NCBI GenBank assembly: GCA_963703955.1
Contig: CAVPGK010000006.1
Coordinates: 64,001-128,000 of the forward strand
Reading direction: 5' to 3'
DNA length: 64,000 nt
Source: Nitrospirota bacterium
Lineage (GTDB): Bacteria; Nitrospirota; Nitrospiria; Nitrospirales; Nitrospiraceae
The position numbers and the translations under genes are program-made. The notes beneath the pieces are model-generated. The model did not search any database, had not been told where the DNA came from, and saw nothing but the letters and a program-made list of their open reading frames with translations. Positions 11,961 through 24,540 of this stretch are shown piece by piece; position 1 is the first letter of the stretch; every line of letters begins with the position of its first letter.

Positions 11961-14583
11961 CGGCGACCTCACTCCGTTGATGCGCCAATATCGCGAAATC
12001 AAGCACACCTATCAGGATGCCGTCCTGCTGTTTCGTGTCGGTGATTTTTATGAAATGTTCTATGAAGACGCCGAGGCGGCCTCACAGCTGCTCTCTATCG
12101 CCTTGACCTCGCGGGACAAAGCCCGTGCGGATCCGGTACCACTCTGTGGAGTCCCCTATCACGCCGTGACCGGATATATCGCAAAACTGCTGAAGGCAGG
12201 GCGGACGGTGGCGTTGTGCGACCAAGTGGAGGATCCGAAACTGGCCAAGGGGCTGGTTCGGCGCAAAGTCGTCCGTCTCTACACGCCCGGCACGCTGATC
12301 GAGACCGACTTGCTCCCGGCAACCGAGTCGATCTTCTTGGCCGCGGTGGTGGCCCCGCCGCAGGTCTCGCCACAATCTAACGAACCCATCTGGGGACTGG
12401 CGGCGCTGGACTCGTCCACCGGTGAATTCTGGTTGATGGAAGGGGCCAGCGACTCGGCGCATCGCGCGCTTCAAGACGAGTTGTACAGACTAGATCCCCG
12501 GGAAGTGCTGTATCACCCCGACCTTCCTCGTCATCTGTACGAGCGGCTCTCAGAGCTGAAAGGACCTCGGCTCTGTCCTCAGGAGCCTTCGGCGTTTGAT
12601 TTTCGGCTAGCCGAACGTCTCCTGCTTGATCAGTTTCGAGTGGCCTCATTGGATGGGTATGGCTGTCGCGGCCTGAGCCTGAGTATTCAGGCGGCCGGAG
12701 CAGTCTTGCGCTACCTTCAGGACACACAGCCAACGGCCAGCCTTGCTCACGTGTCTCGACTACGGATCCGGCGCTCGGATGATGCCATGCATCTCGACAG
12801 CGCAACCATTCGAAATCTCGAGCTGACAAAGTCCGTTTCCAACCATCGGCACGATTCCACGTTGCTCTCCGTGTTGGATCGGACCCTCACAGCCATGGGA
12901 GGCCGTTTGATGCGGGAATGGATCGTTCGACCGTTGATCCGGCCGGATCAGATCAACGCCCGTCTCGACGCGGTAGCTGAATTGGTGCGGCACGTTCCGG
13001 TTCGCGGGGGAGTCAGGACGGCGCTCAAGACCATTCAGGACATCGTTCGCCTGGGTAGTCGGGTTTCGCTGGGAGCCGCGACACCTCGCGAGCTCCTCGC
13101 GCTCAAACAGTCAGTCGCGCCGCTTCCCGAGCTCAAGGCTCTGCTGGCCACGCTCCGGTCACCTCTTCTCCAGGAGCTTGTCCGGTCCTGGGATGATTTG
13201 ACCGACGTCCACCAGATCATCGAGGAATCCATTCTTTCGGATGCTCCGGCCACGACCCGGGAGGGCGGCATCATCAAGGACAGATATCATCCTGAGTTGG
13301 ACGAACTGCGGAAAGTGTGCCGTGAAGGAAAAGGATGGATCGCCCACCTTGAGTCCCAGGAACGGGTACGCACGGGTATCGAGTCCCTGAAGGTCCGATT
13401 CAACCAGGTCTTCGGTTACTTCATCGAAGTGACCAAGGCGAACGCCTCGCGCATTCCTGAGCACTATGTCCGCAAGCAGACATTGGTCAACGCGGAGCGG
13501 TTTACCACGGTTGAGCTGAAAGAATTGGAAGACCGGGTGACCGGGGCCGATCTGAAACTGACCCTTCTGGAACGAGAGTTATTCGACCAGATCCGTGCAG
13601 CGTTGGCACAGGAAACTCCCAGACTTCAGAAGATGGGGGCAATCATTGCCGCGCTAGACACGTTGACCGCCTTGGCTGAAACGGCTGCCCACAACCGCTA
13701 CGTCAGGCCGGATATTGATGAGGGAGCGAAGATCCGCATCACCGACGGCCGTCATCCTGTAGTGGAGCAGATGGACCTGTCGGGAGGTTTTATCCCGAAC
13801 GATACCCTCCTGGACCTCGACGCCAATCGACTCGTGATTCTCACTGGACCGAATATGGCCGGCAAGAGCACATACCTCAGGCAAATTGCGTTGATCGTCT
13901 TGATGGCTCAAATGGGCAGCTTCGTTCCCGCGCAAGCGGCTCACATCGGCGTGGTGGACCGTATCTTCACCCGTGTCGGCGCCTCGGACAACCTGGCGGC
14001 AGGCCAAAGTACCTTTATGGTGGAAATGACCGAGACCGCTCAGATCCTCAATTGCGCCACCGTGCGGAGTCTGATTCTATTGGATGAAATCGGACGCGGG
14101 ACCAGTACATATGACGGGTTGAGCATAGGATGGGCGGTCGCCGAGTATATTCAGGATCGCAGCCGTCTGGGCGCCCGCACTCTCTTCGCGACCCACTACC
14201 ACGAAATGACGGAGCTCGCCACGCAGCGGGAAGGCGTGAAAAACTATACCGTGCTGGTGAAGGAACGAAACGAAGAGGTGCTCTTTCTTAGAAAGATTGT
14301 GGAAGGGAAAGCCGATCGCAGCTACGGCATTCAGGTAGCCAGGCTCGCCGGGTTGCCGGCGATTGTCATCACACGAGCTCGTGAAGTGCTCGCTCAGCTC
14401 GAGCGACCCACGGCTACACCTTCCGAGCAGGCCCCAGGTTCTATAGAACAACCCGATCCATCGCTCCCGCCTCCGCACCCAATTGTGGAAGAGGTCCGGC
14501 AAATGGACTTATTTACGATGACGCCCCTGGAAGCCCTGAATCGCCTGGCGGATCTGCAGCGCCGACTCGAAGACCCAAATTAG
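11953..14583 (+). CDS. mutS: DNA mismatch repair protein MutS
   Basis: TPLMRQY, FRVGDFYEMF, TGPNMAGKSTY, STFMVEM, DEIGRGTST, SYGIQVA. Confidence 0.98.
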   Translation: MHDGDLTPLMRQYREIKHTYQDAVLLFRVGDFYEMFYEDAEAASQLLSIALTSRDKARADPVPLCGVPYHAVTGYIAKLLKAGRTVALCDQVEDPKLAKGLVRRKVVRLYTPGTLIETDLLPATESIFLAAVVAPPQVSPQSNEPIWGLAALDSSTGEFWLMEGASDSAHRALQDELYRLDPREVLYHPDLPRHLYERLSELKGPRLCPQEPSAFDFRLAERLLLDQFRVASLDGYGCRGLSLSIQAAGAVLRYLQDTQPTASLAHVSRLRIRRSDDAMHLDSATIRNLELTKSVSNHRHDSTLLSVLDRTLTAMGGRLMREWIVRPLIRPDQINARLDAVAELVRHVPVRGGVRTALKTIQDIVRLGSRVSLGAATPRELLALKQSVAPLPELKALLATLRSPLLQELVRSWDDLTDVHQIIEESILSDAPATTREGGIIKDRYHPELDELRKVCREGKGWIAHLESQERVRTGIESLKVRFNQVFGYFIEVTKANASRIPEHYVRKQTLVNAERFTTVELKELEDRVTGADLKLTLLERELFDQIRAALAQETPRLQKMGAIIAALDTLTALAETAAHNRYVRPDIDEGAKIRITDGRHPVVEQMDLSGGFIPNDTLLDLDANRLVILTGPNMAGKSTYLRQIALIVLMAQMGSFVPAQAAHIGVVDRIFTRVGASDNLAAGQSTFMVEMTETAQILNCATVRSLILLDEIGRGTSTYDGLSIGWAVAEYIQDRSRLGARTLFATHYHEMTELATQREGVKNYTVLVKERNEEVLFLRKIVEGKADRSYGIQVARLAGLPAIVITRAREVLAQLERPTATPSEQAPGSIEQPDPSLPPPHPIVEEVRQMDLFTMTPLEALNRLADLQRRLEDPN

Positions 14584-14601
14584 TCGAATGCAAGGCAAGA
14601 A

Positions 14602-14634
14602 AAAAGCGGTGCCCTTTTCAAAGGCACCGCTTTT
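14602..14634. terminator. Bidirectional intrinsic terminator between convergent genes
   Basis: aaaagcggtgcc-cttttcaaa-ggcaccgctttt. Confidence 0.85.
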
Positions 14635-14651
14635 CGCACCGCGTCTTGTCC

Positions 14652-15320
14652 TCAGTGACCACCGCTCTCGTTATACGCAGCCGTCCAGGGGATTAGACCG
14701 CCGACAGGCTTTCCACCCGGGATCATCAAGTCATACTGCATCGGGAGCGCACCCACTCCCTTAGGAGAGGTGTTGAGCTCCTGCTTGGCCTTCGCGCAGC
14801 CTGCCTCCAGTTCATCCTTCCCTTCGCAGCCCTTCGCCCTCACTGCCATGATGCTGCGCGTCTTGCCTGGTTCACCGGCCACTTCCGGCAGCTTCTTGAC
14901 GGCGGTAATCACCCGCCGATTCTGCTCTGTTTCTTGGGCCGTAAACTCAACTAGCGTCGTCGCTGAAGCAGGTGGTACCTCCTTTGCCGCAGCCGGTCCG
15001 GCATGCGCACGCGCCATCGACTTCAATTGTTCCCACACTTCTTTGTTGCCCGCATAGAACTTCAGGTTCTTGCCGGGATGAATTTTCTGCCAGAAATACC
15101 CGCTCTCGGCATTACCGCCGAACACGGCGGTATTGATCCACACCGCTTCATCATAGGGGTCCAGGATGATCACCCGACCCTGGATTGTGGTCGGCTTGCT
15201 CATGTCACCCCATTCAAATCGTTCCTGGAATGCTTCGATAGCCAGCGCAGCCGTGGCCATACCACCGACGAGAGCCATGGCGGCGATAAAGGCCCCTGCT
15301 TTCCCGTGACATTTCTTCAT
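14652..15320 (-). CDS. Exported hypothetical protein (signal peptide; possible OB-fold)
   Basis: Signal peptide ending ALA; SD aaggaggg; coding-like composition. Confidence 0.8.
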   Translation of the reverse strand: MKKCHGKAGAFIAAMALVGGMATAALAIEAFQERFEWGDMSKPTTIQGRVIILDPYDEAVWINTAVFGGNAESGYFWQKIHPGKNLKFYAGNKEVWEQLKSMARAHAGPAAAKEVPPASATTLVEFTAQETEQNRRVITAVKKLPEVAGEPGKTRSIMAVRAKGCEGKDELEAGCAKAKQELNTSPKGVGALPMQYDLMIPGGKPVGGLIPWTAAYNESGGH

Positions 15321-15387
15321 CGCACCCTCCTTACATCGTTGAATGAATTCTGCTCGTATAAAAGAGGCGCGCTTGTGTGTTCGACCA

Positions 15388-15894
15388 CTAATCCTTCAGC
15401 ACCTTGAACCCGGTGATGGTCCGACCATCAAGCGTCACTTCGAGGGCCACGAGGTCCTGGGAAGCTTTGATGATCTGGTCCATGAGCGCCTTGTCCTTCA
15501 CTTGAAGGCGGACGGTCTGGGCAGCCTGGTACCAACCTGCATAGGGATTATTTTTTTCGGTGCCGCCGGTGAAACCCCACGCGCAGCAGACAAACAAAGG
15601 ATCGGGCGGCTTCACATCCAAATCAGAAGATTTCCGACCAGCCGGGGTTCCTGAAGCCGGCTCATCCGTATTCCAATACTGGATGCCAAACAGGATCTCC
15701 TTCTCGGGATTGTCCGCCCATTGGGACCATACACGACCCTTGAGCGTCTTGACCGCTTCCCCCTTCAGAGGGACCTTACCAAGTACGGCAGGTCCTCCAC
15801 CGGCCGGCGCGTCCGCTGCGGCAACAAACTCAGCCGCCAGTAAACCAGCGACCGAAAAAACTGCGACTGCAGCAATGATTACGACCCTATTCAT
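15388..15894 (-). CDS. Exported hypothetical protein with vicinal Cys-Cys
   Basis: Hydrophobic signal peptide; SD aaggaggg/gagga; FVCCAWGF. Confidence 0.8.
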   Translation of the reverse strand: MNRVVIIAAVAVFSVAGLLAAEFVAAADAPAGGGPAVLGKVPLKGEAVKTLKGRVWSQWADNPEKEILFGIQYWNTDEPASGTPAGRKSSDLDVKPPDPLFVCCAWGFTGGTEKNNPYAGWYQAAQTVRLQVKDKALMDQIIKASQDLVALEVTLDGRTITGFKVLKD

Positions 15895-16111
15895 TCCTCA
15901 TCCCTCCTTCATAGATATGCACAGAATGCATAGTATGAACCCACAACAAAAACCCAGCCTTGGGAACCCATAAGAGAACGGAATAGGAAAGATGCCACGG
16001 CTAGGAAACGATCCGCACCTCCTTTCCTCTGAGCCATGACATAGCAGCACGCTCCAACACTTTCACCTTCGCTTTGGTAACTCTAAGAATTAAGAATAAG
16101 GAAGTGGTGAG

Positions 16112-16140
16112 ATCGTAATGAATCAAGCAATTCTTGTCAA
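16112..16140 (-). promoter_or_regulatory. Near-consensus sigma70 promoter for the two exported-protein genes
   Basis: TTGACA-N17-TACGAT on the minus strand with AT-rich flanks. Confidence 0.7.
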
Positions 16141-16226
16141 GGGAATATTTGACAGCCGTGAAAGCCGTTTGACCTGACTAACCTATTGATCTAGCTAGAT
16201 TTTTAGAAACTCCGCGCGGCGGATCA

Positions 16227-17480
16227 TCAGTGCAGGGCGCTCTGAAGAGAGCGGCTTGAGACAGGCCCCAACCCGGTCACGGAGAGAGAGTCGAAGTCCA
16301 AGAGGTCGCGGCTAAGACGGTGGACCTGGTCGCGCGAAACTCGGTCGATCTCGGTCATGATTTCTTCGAGCGACAGATGCCGGCCCAGATAGAGCTCGTC
16401 CTTGGCAAGCTTGCTCATTCGACTTTGTGTGCTTTCCAAGCTCAACATGACATGACCCTTCATTTGATGCTTGGTCCGTTCCAATTCTTTTCGATCCATG
16501 CCGTGGTGACGCAGTCGCCTGAGCTCCCGACAGATGAGATCAACTACCCTCTGGACTTCTCGTGGCCTGGTGGCGGCGTACACAGTCAAGGTCCCGGCAT
16601 CGGAGTACGAGGACGCAAAGGAATAAATAGAGTAGGCGAGGCCCCGCTTTTCCCTGATCTCTTGAAAGAGGCGCGAGCTGACGCTGCCGCCGAGCACCGA
16701 GTTGAGAGCGATGACCGCGTAACGGTCTTTGTCGTCTAGCCGGACCCCCTTCAACCCCAGACAGAGATGCGCCTGTTCGAGTGGCTTTCGACGCACGGAC
16801 ACTCCCCCACTAACGGAAGGAGGCCGGCGGTCTACCCTCGGGCGAGTGGAACGCGGCGGGGAGCCAAAGAATTTTCCTAGGAGACGCAGCAGCTCCTTGA
16901 AAGCGAAATTTCCCGCGACTGCCACAACCGTCTCGTGGGGCTGATAGTGCGCATCGATGTACCGAAGCAGGTCCTCCTGTTGCAAAGCTCTGATCGTCGT
17001 CATCTCGCCCAAGATCGGCCGGCCGAGCGGATGCTGCTTCAATGTTTGCTGCGTATGGATGTCCTGCACCAAATCTTCAGGATCGTCTTGAACCATTCGG
17101 ACCTCTTCAAGGATGACCTGTTTTTCCTTTTCGATTTCCTTTGGATCAAGCCGAGAGTGGTGAAAGAGATCGGACAATAACCCGAGTGCGGGCTTCACGT
17201 GCTGATCCAATACCTTGACATAAAAGGTCGTGGTCTCGCGGCCCGTAAATGCGTTCATTTCACCGCCCAGCGCATCAATCTCCCGCGAGATCTGGGTCGC
17301 CGACCGTGAGGGAGTCCCCTTGAAAAACATGTGCTCAATAAAGTGAGAAACCCCCTCTTCTCCTTTCATTTCGTCGCGAGACCCGACGTTGACCCAGATG
17401 CCGATCGTCACCGACTTGAGCGCGGGCATTCGTTCCGTGACGATGCGAAGCCCGTTGTCGAGAACCACCTTTCGATACAT
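16227..17480 (-). CDS. M16-family (pitrilysin-like) zinc peptidase
   Basis: HFIEHMFFKGT (HxxEH), NAFT, SRLFQEIREKRGLAYS; usual position after pnp. Confidence 0.95.
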   Translation of the reverse strand: MYRKVVLDNGLRIVTERMPALKSVTIGIWVNVGSRDEMKGEEGVSHFIEHMFFKGTPSRSATQISREIDALGGEMNAFTGRETTTFYVKVLDQHVKPALGLLSDLFHHSRLDPKEIEKEKQVILEEVRMVQDDPEDLVQDIHTQQTLKQHPLGRPILGEMTTIRALQQEDLLRYIDAHYQPHETVVAVAGNFAFKELLRLLGKFFGSPPRSTRPRVDRRPPSVSGGVSVRRKPLEQAHLCLGLKGVRLDDKDRYAVIALNSVLGGSVSSRLFQEIREKRGLAYSIYSFASSYSDAGTLTVYAATRPREVQRVVDLICRELRRLRHHGMDRKELERTKHQMKGHVMLSLESTQSRMSKLAKDELYLGRHLSLEEIMTEIDRVSRDQVHRLSRDLLDFDSLSVTGLGPVSSRSLQSALH

Positions 17481-17483
17481 GAA

Positions 17484-19583
<2,100 letters not shown>

Positions 19584-19631
19584 CCTCTGATCTCCTCTTG
19601 TCACTGCCGGCACAGATGCCCACAGAGATGC

Positions 19632-19727
19632 GCTCACATGAAGAGCGCTGAGCCATGAGTGCTGAGTCTCGACTCTCTTGGACTCACCACTCAGAAATCA
19701 ATGCTCAACTCTTCAAGACATGTGAGC
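19632..19727. repeat. Long imperfect inverted repeat in the rpsO-pnp spacer
   Basis: Paired segments gctcacatg/catgtgagc, aagag/ctctt, tgagc/gctca, tgagtgctgagt/actcaccactca. Confidence 0.7.
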
Positions 19728-19797
19728 TCATGTCCGTGTTCACCTGTGATGACAGTCCCGTCTGGCTCTGACGTCTCGTCAGAGTGCGGGAACGTGG

Positions 19798-20067
19798 TTA
19801 CTTACGAATGCCCAACCGCTCTAGCACAGCCCGATACCGGGCATCGTCCACTTTATGGAGGTAGTCCAGGAGTCGGCGGCGACGACCGACTAACTGCAAC
19901 AACCCTCTCCTGGAATGATGATCCTTCTTGTGCAGCTTAAAATGGTCGGTGAGATAGCCGATGCGATTCGTCAGAATTGCGATCTGCACCTCGGGCGAGC
20001 CAGTATCGGCATCATGCTGCCGATGCTGTTGAATGAGTCCCGTCTTCACGTCCTTCAGCAATGCCAT
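19798..20067 (-). CDS. rpsO: 30S ribosomal protein S15
   Basis: [27 protein letters not shown] ggagga before ATG 20067. Confidence 0.98.
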   Translation of the reverse strand: MALLKDVKTGLIQQHRQHDADTGSPEVQIAILTNRIGYLTDHFKLHKKDHHSRRGLLQLVGRRRRLLDYLHKVDDARYRAVLERLGIRK

Positions 20068-20091
20068 TACTTCTCCTCCTCTCTGCTCCAC

Positions 20092-21123
20092 CTAACCATT
20101 CACCAGTACCTTCACAATCGATATCGACTGCCCAGAAGGTTGTCCAGGTGCGTTGGTCGTCGACCCCTCCGACCCGACCGGCAATCTGCCGAGCGCCATC
20201 AGACATCCTGTTGGGTCTTTCAGCCGCACCGATCTTCCCGCCAGATCATCTACACATGCACTTCGCTCCCATTGCACCGCCATCCAAGGAACAGGCACCC
20301 CGTGGATCATGCGCGAGGCGGCCTTCTCATCCACGAATACCTCTGGTAAGTGACTGAGCGCGGCATCGAGCGGGAGCAGGTCATCGGCCAACTGGCCGTC
20401 GGACAGGCGTTCAATGAGCGCCTCGATCGTCAGTGCTTCCATCACCATCAGTGGCCCAACCCGCCGTCGCTCCAATGCCAAAACATGCCCCCCCACACCG
20501 AGCGCTTCCCCAATGTCGGCGCACAAGGTGCGGATGTAGGTCCCTTTCGAGCAGACCACCCGCAGCGAGACATCTCGCCCGGCCATGCCGATCACTTCGA
20601 TCTGATGAATCGTGACCTGGCGTGCGTGCCGCCCCACGGTCCTTCCCGACCGCGCAGCTCTATACAATGGCACCCCACCGACCTTCACGGCGGAATACAT
20701 TGGCGGTAATTGAGTGATCGGCCCTTTGAACTGCCCGACGACGGCTCGGATGCGCGACTCCTCCAGTGTATTGATCGGATGCGAGACCAGGACGATCCCG
20801 GTGGCATCTTGAGTGTCGGTGGTCTCACCGAGCCTGAGGACCGTATCGTACTCCTTTTCCCACTCCATCAGATACTCGGCGATCCGGGTTCCCCGACCGA
20901 CGAGCACCGGAAGCACGCCGGTGGCGGCCGGATCCAAGGTGCCGGCATGACCGATCTTGGGGCCTTTCAGCAGGCCTCGGAGCTTGGCCACCACATCATG
21001 CGACGTCCACCTCATCGGTTTGTTGACGTTCAGGATGCCATCGCCGATCGTTCGAGCTATGAGACCGGGCCTGCCGGTCAGTACACCGACATTGGCGCTA
21101 GGATTGGGCATCGCTCGCCTCAT
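20092..21123 (-). CDS. truB: tRNA pseudouridine(55) synthase (start may be 21111)
   Basis: GHAGTLDPAATGVL, PPMYSAVK, CSKGTYIR. Confidence 0.96.
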   Translation of the reverse strand: MRRAMPNPSANVGVLTGRPGLIARTIGDGILNVNKPMRWTSHDVVAKLRGLLKGPKIGHAGTLDPAATGVLPVLVGRGTRIAEYLMEWEKEYDTVLRLGETTDTQDATGIVLVSHPINTLEESRIRAVVGQFKGPITQLPPMYSAVKVGGVPLYRAARSGRTVGRHARQVTIHQIEVIGMAGRDVSLRVVCSKGTYIRTLCADIGEALGVGGHVLALERRRVGPLMVMEALTIEALIERLSDGQLADDLLPLDAALSHLPEVFVDEKAASRMIHGVPVPWMAVQWERSACVDDLAGRSVRLKDPTGCLMALGRLPVGSEGSTTNAPGQPSGQSISIVKVLVNG

Positions 21124-21511
21124 GATGATCGGCTAGCTCCGGCAGCGACTCACCCGGCTTCTTCTCCCCCAACTCTTTAAGCAGCGACAGAATGCGGTCC
21201 CCGCGCGGCCCGGTGATATCCTTCTGAAAGACCAACTCGGGGGTGTAGCGCAGACTCAATCGACGGCCCAATTCCGTTCGAATAAAGCCTGTCGCCTTCG
21301 CCAGTCCTGCAAACGTCTCTGCTTCTCTCTCCCCGTTCTGACTCGCCGTGACGAACACCCGCACCAATCGGAGATCATTGGTTAACTCCACGTCGGTCAC
21401 AGTGACAAACCCGATCCGTGGATCCTTCGTTTTCCGCATGAGGATGTCGGCCACCTCCATACGGATCTGATCCGCCACGCGAGAAGCACGCTTGTACCCC
21501 GCTTTGGCCAT
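21098..21511 (-). CDS. rbfA: Ribosome-binding factor A
   Basis: KDPRIGFVTVTDVEL, LRYTPELVF. Confidence 0.95.
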   Translation of the reverse strand: MAKAGYKRASRVADQIRMEVADILMRKTKDPRIGFVTVTDVELTNDLRLVRVFVTASQNGEREAETFAGLAKATGFIRTELGRRLSLRYTPELVFQKDITGPRGDRILSLLKELGEKKPGESLPELADHHEASDAQS

Positions 21512-21528
21512 AGGACCCCGACACCTCG

Positions 21529-21810
21529 TTACAGCAGTTCAATACGAAATTTCACCATCTCGATCATCGGAACGGAGCGCAGAAGATTGACGGCTTGGTC
21601 CAACACCTGATTCACGTAGGCGCCCTCGTTGGCCACACAGGCCATTCCCAACACAGCCTTTTGCCACAGGTCCTGGTCTCCGACTTCGGCGACCGAGACA
21701 TTGAACTTATCTCGCAGCCGGTCTTTGACACTGAGGAGCACTTGCCGCTTTGCCTTCAAGGAATCACTTTCCGGGAGATAGAGTTCGATCGTGCAGAGCC
21801 CGACAATCAT
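21529..21810 (-). CDS. DUF503 (YlxP-like) protein
   Basis: SLKAKR, FNVSVAEV..QDLWQ; usual position between infB and rbfA. Confidence 0.9.
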   Translation of the reverse strand: MIVGLCTIELYLPESDSLKAKRQVLLSVKDRLRDKFNVSVAEVGDQDLWQKAVLGMACVANEGAYVNQVLDQAVNLLRSVPMIEMVKFRIELL

Positions 21811-21846
21811 ACGTCTGCGAGAGGTGGAAGAACCGGGGACGCAGCT

Positions 21847-24510
21847 TCAGAGCTTGCCCGCCACTTTATCGAGGATGTAGACCTCGAGGACATCGCCGGG
21901 CTTCATATCGCTGAAATTCTCGACGCCGATTCCACATTCGTACCCCTGCTGTACCTCGCGCACATCATCCTTGAACCGACGGAGCGAGCCGAGCTTTCCT
22001 TCATATGCCACGACGTGATCCCGGACGACCCGGACCCCTGAACTGGCTCGTGAGATCGTCCCGTCGATCACGTAGCAGCCCGCAATGACCCCGGCCTTGG
22101 GGATGTTGAAAATCTGGCGGACTTCCGCCCGACCCAAAATGCGTTCCTTCAGTGTGGGTTCCAGCAACCCTTCCATCGCGGCTTTGATGTCGGCGAGCGC
22201 GTCGTAGATGATCGTGTAGAGACGAATATCCACCCCTTCTCGCTCGGCGAGCACGGCGGCCTTCGGCTCGGGGCGAATATTGAAGCCGATGATGATCGCA
22301 CGCGAGGCCGATGCCAAGAGGACGTCGGTCTCCGTTATGCCACCGACCCCACTATGAATCACGCGAACTTTCACCGCAGCGGCGGAGAGCTTCTGGACCG
22401 CCTCGGACAAGGCTTCGGCGGATCCTTGAACATCTGATTTGATGACCAGGGCCAATTCTTTGACATCGCCCTCTTTGATCCGCGCGTAGAGATCATCGAG
22501 CGTCACACGCCCCCCCCCGGCCGCGAGTTCTGCGCTCCGTTGCTTCTGGAGGCGCGCTTCGGCGACTTCACGAGCGACCCGTTCATCGGGCACCACGATG
22601 AACGGATCGCCTGCCGCCGGCACGCCCGGCAATCCGATCACCTCGACGGGCATTGATGGACCGGCTTCGGACACTTTGACTCCGATATCGGTAATCAGTG
22701 CGCGGACCCGGCCACTAAAGGTTCCCACGACAAAGACATCGCCCAGGCGGAGGGTTCCGCTCTGGACCAGCACGGTCGCGACTGGTCCGCGCCCTCGGTC
22801 GAGCTTGGCTTCAACCACCGCTCCTTTGGCCAGGCGCTTGGGATCGGCTTTCAGTTCCAATACTTCGGACTGAAGCAGAATCATCTCCAGCAAAGCGTCC
22901 AACCCCAGCTTCTGTTTGGCCGACACTTCCACGAAAATCGTCTGCCCCCCCCAGGCCTCCGGAATAAGGTTGTGCTCGGTGAGAGAATGCTTCACGCGTT
23001 CAGGGTTGGCGCCAGGTTTGTCGATCTTGTTGATGGCGACGATGATCGGGACGTTGGCCGCCGTCGCGTGGTCGATGGCTTCCACGGTTTGGGGCATGAC
23101 GCCGTCATCAGCCGCCACGACAAGGACGACGATATCGGTGATCTTCGCCCCCCTGGCCCGCATGGCCGTAAACGCTTCGTGCCCCGGGGTATCCAGGAAG
23201 GTGATCCGTTTATCATGCGCGGGCACGACGTAGGCGCCGATATGCTGGGTAATTCCGCCGGCTTCCTGTTCGGTCACCTTGGTCTGCCGGATTGCGTCCA
23301 GGAGCGAGGTCTTCCCATGATCCACGTGCCCCATGATGGTCACTACCGGCGGCCGCGGTTCCAAGACTTCCTGCTCCGTCCACTCAGCGATTTCCTCGAG
23401 CAATTCCTCTCCTTCCTTGTCAGCCGACACTTCCGCCTTGAGACCAAGCCCTTCCGCAATCAACGTAGCGACGTCCTTATCCATGGGTTGGTTCAACGTG
23501 AGCATCTGGCCCATTTCCATCAACTTTCTGATGATGTCGGCGGGACGTTGGCCGACGAGTTCCGCGAACTCTTTGACAGTGAGGCCGGCCGTGAGTTTGA
23601 TCCCCTTCTTTCGAGGCTTGGTGATCTCTGCCACCGCAGAGGGCTGGAGGTGACGCGTTCTTTCGTCCCGTCGGTGCACCGGAATTGCGCGAAGATCCTG
23701 CCATCGGGCCGCATCTTCGCGAAACTTGACCTCTTCGTCGTCACGGGATCGACCCGGCTTTCTTGGCTTCTTGAGTTTCTCTTTGAGACCTGCGGCTTCC
23801 TCCGGGGACGGTTCAAGAACGCCTGCTCGCTTCTTATCGGAGACAGGGGGAAGCGCAGCCGAGGCAACTGTCTCGGTAGGCGGCGTTGGTGCACCAACCG
23901 CGACGGCGTCACGGGATCGTGGATCTCGTGGACCGACCGGCAACGGAGGCAGAACAGCTTTATCAACGGCGAGATCCTGCTGGTGGACAGGACTCAGCGA
24001 CACGGACGCTGGCGCCGCCGGCGAAGGCTTCGCGATCTCGGGAGAGATTCCACTCGGAAATGATGTCGCCTCGGGTGGGACCGATGCGGGCATCGCAACG
24101 AGTCCGAGTTCCTCTTCTGTTTTTTTTCGCTTGAACAAGATGCGTTTCTTGTCGGGTTTCGGCACCTCCTCGACCACCGCAGCCGATACCTTGCCGCTCG
24201 ACGCTTTTACAGAGTCTCGAGCGTCACTTGACGCGCTCGATGACTTAAGGTCACGTCCGTCAAGATGATCCCTGCTCGAGAGCGATCCTTTTTTCAGCAC
24301 CTTCCGGCCGGCATCCACCTTCCCATCTGACCTCACGTCTGTTCCGTCAGTTGTCTGTCCCTGCGGCATCAATTTATCCAACACTTTCCGGACGGCTTCA
24401 TCATCCAACGCACTGCTGTGGGAAGCGACACTGATTCCCAGACGCTTCAACTCCGGGATCAGCGCCCGATTTTCCATCCCGAGTTTTTTCGCCAATTCGT
24501 ACACTCTCAT
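21847..24510 (-). CDS. infB: Translation initiation factor IF-2
   Basis: [41 protein letters not shown]. Confidence 0.98.
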   Translation of the reverse strand: MRVYELAKKLGMENRALIPELKRLGISVASHSSALDDEAVRKVLDKLMPQGQTTDGTDVRSDGKVDAGRKVLKKGSLSSRDHLDGRDLKSSSASSDARDSVKASSGKVSAAVVEEVPKPDKKRILFKRKKTEEELGLVAMPASVPPEATSFPSGISPEIAKPSPAAPASVSLSPVHQQDLAVDKAVLPPLPVGPRDPRSRDAVAVGAPTPPTETVASAALPPVSDKKRAGVLEPSPEEAAGLKEKLKKPRKPGRSRDDEEVKFREDAARWQDLRAIPVHRRDERTRHLQPSAVAEITKPRKKGIKLTAGLTVKEFAELVGQRPADIIRKLMEMGQMLTLNQPMDKDVATLIAEGLGLKAEVSADKEGEELLEEIAEWTEQEVLEPRPPVVTIMGHVDHGKTSLLDAIRQTKVTEQEAGGITQHIGAYVVPAHDKRITFLDTPGHEAFTAMRARGAKITDIVVLVVAADDGVMPQTVEAIDHATAANVPIIVAINKIDKPGANPERVKHSLTEHNLIPEAWGGQTIFVEVSAKQKLGLDALLEMILLQSEVLELKADPKRLAKGAVVEAKLDRGRGPVATVLVQSGTLRLGDVFVVGTFSGRVRALITDIGVKVSEAGPSMPVEVIGLPGVPAAGDPFIVVPDERVAREVAEARLQKQRSAELAAGGGRVTLDDLYARIKEGDVKELALVIKSDVQGSAEALSEAVQKLSAAAVKVRVIHSGVGGITETDVLLASASRAIIIGFNIRPEPKAAVLAEREGVDIRLYTIIYDALADIKAAMEGLLEPTLKERILGRAEVRQIFNIPKAGVIAGCYVIDGTISRASSGVRVVRDHVVAYEGKLGSLRRFKDDVREVQQGYECGIGVENFSDMKPGDVLEVYILDKVAGKL

Positions 24511-24540
24511 CTTCTACAACCTGCTTCCGACGCCATTCGG

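Noticed and set aside
23700..24400. Pro/Ala/Ser-rich low-complexity stretch in infB
   Set aside because: Normal variable N-terminal linker of IF-2
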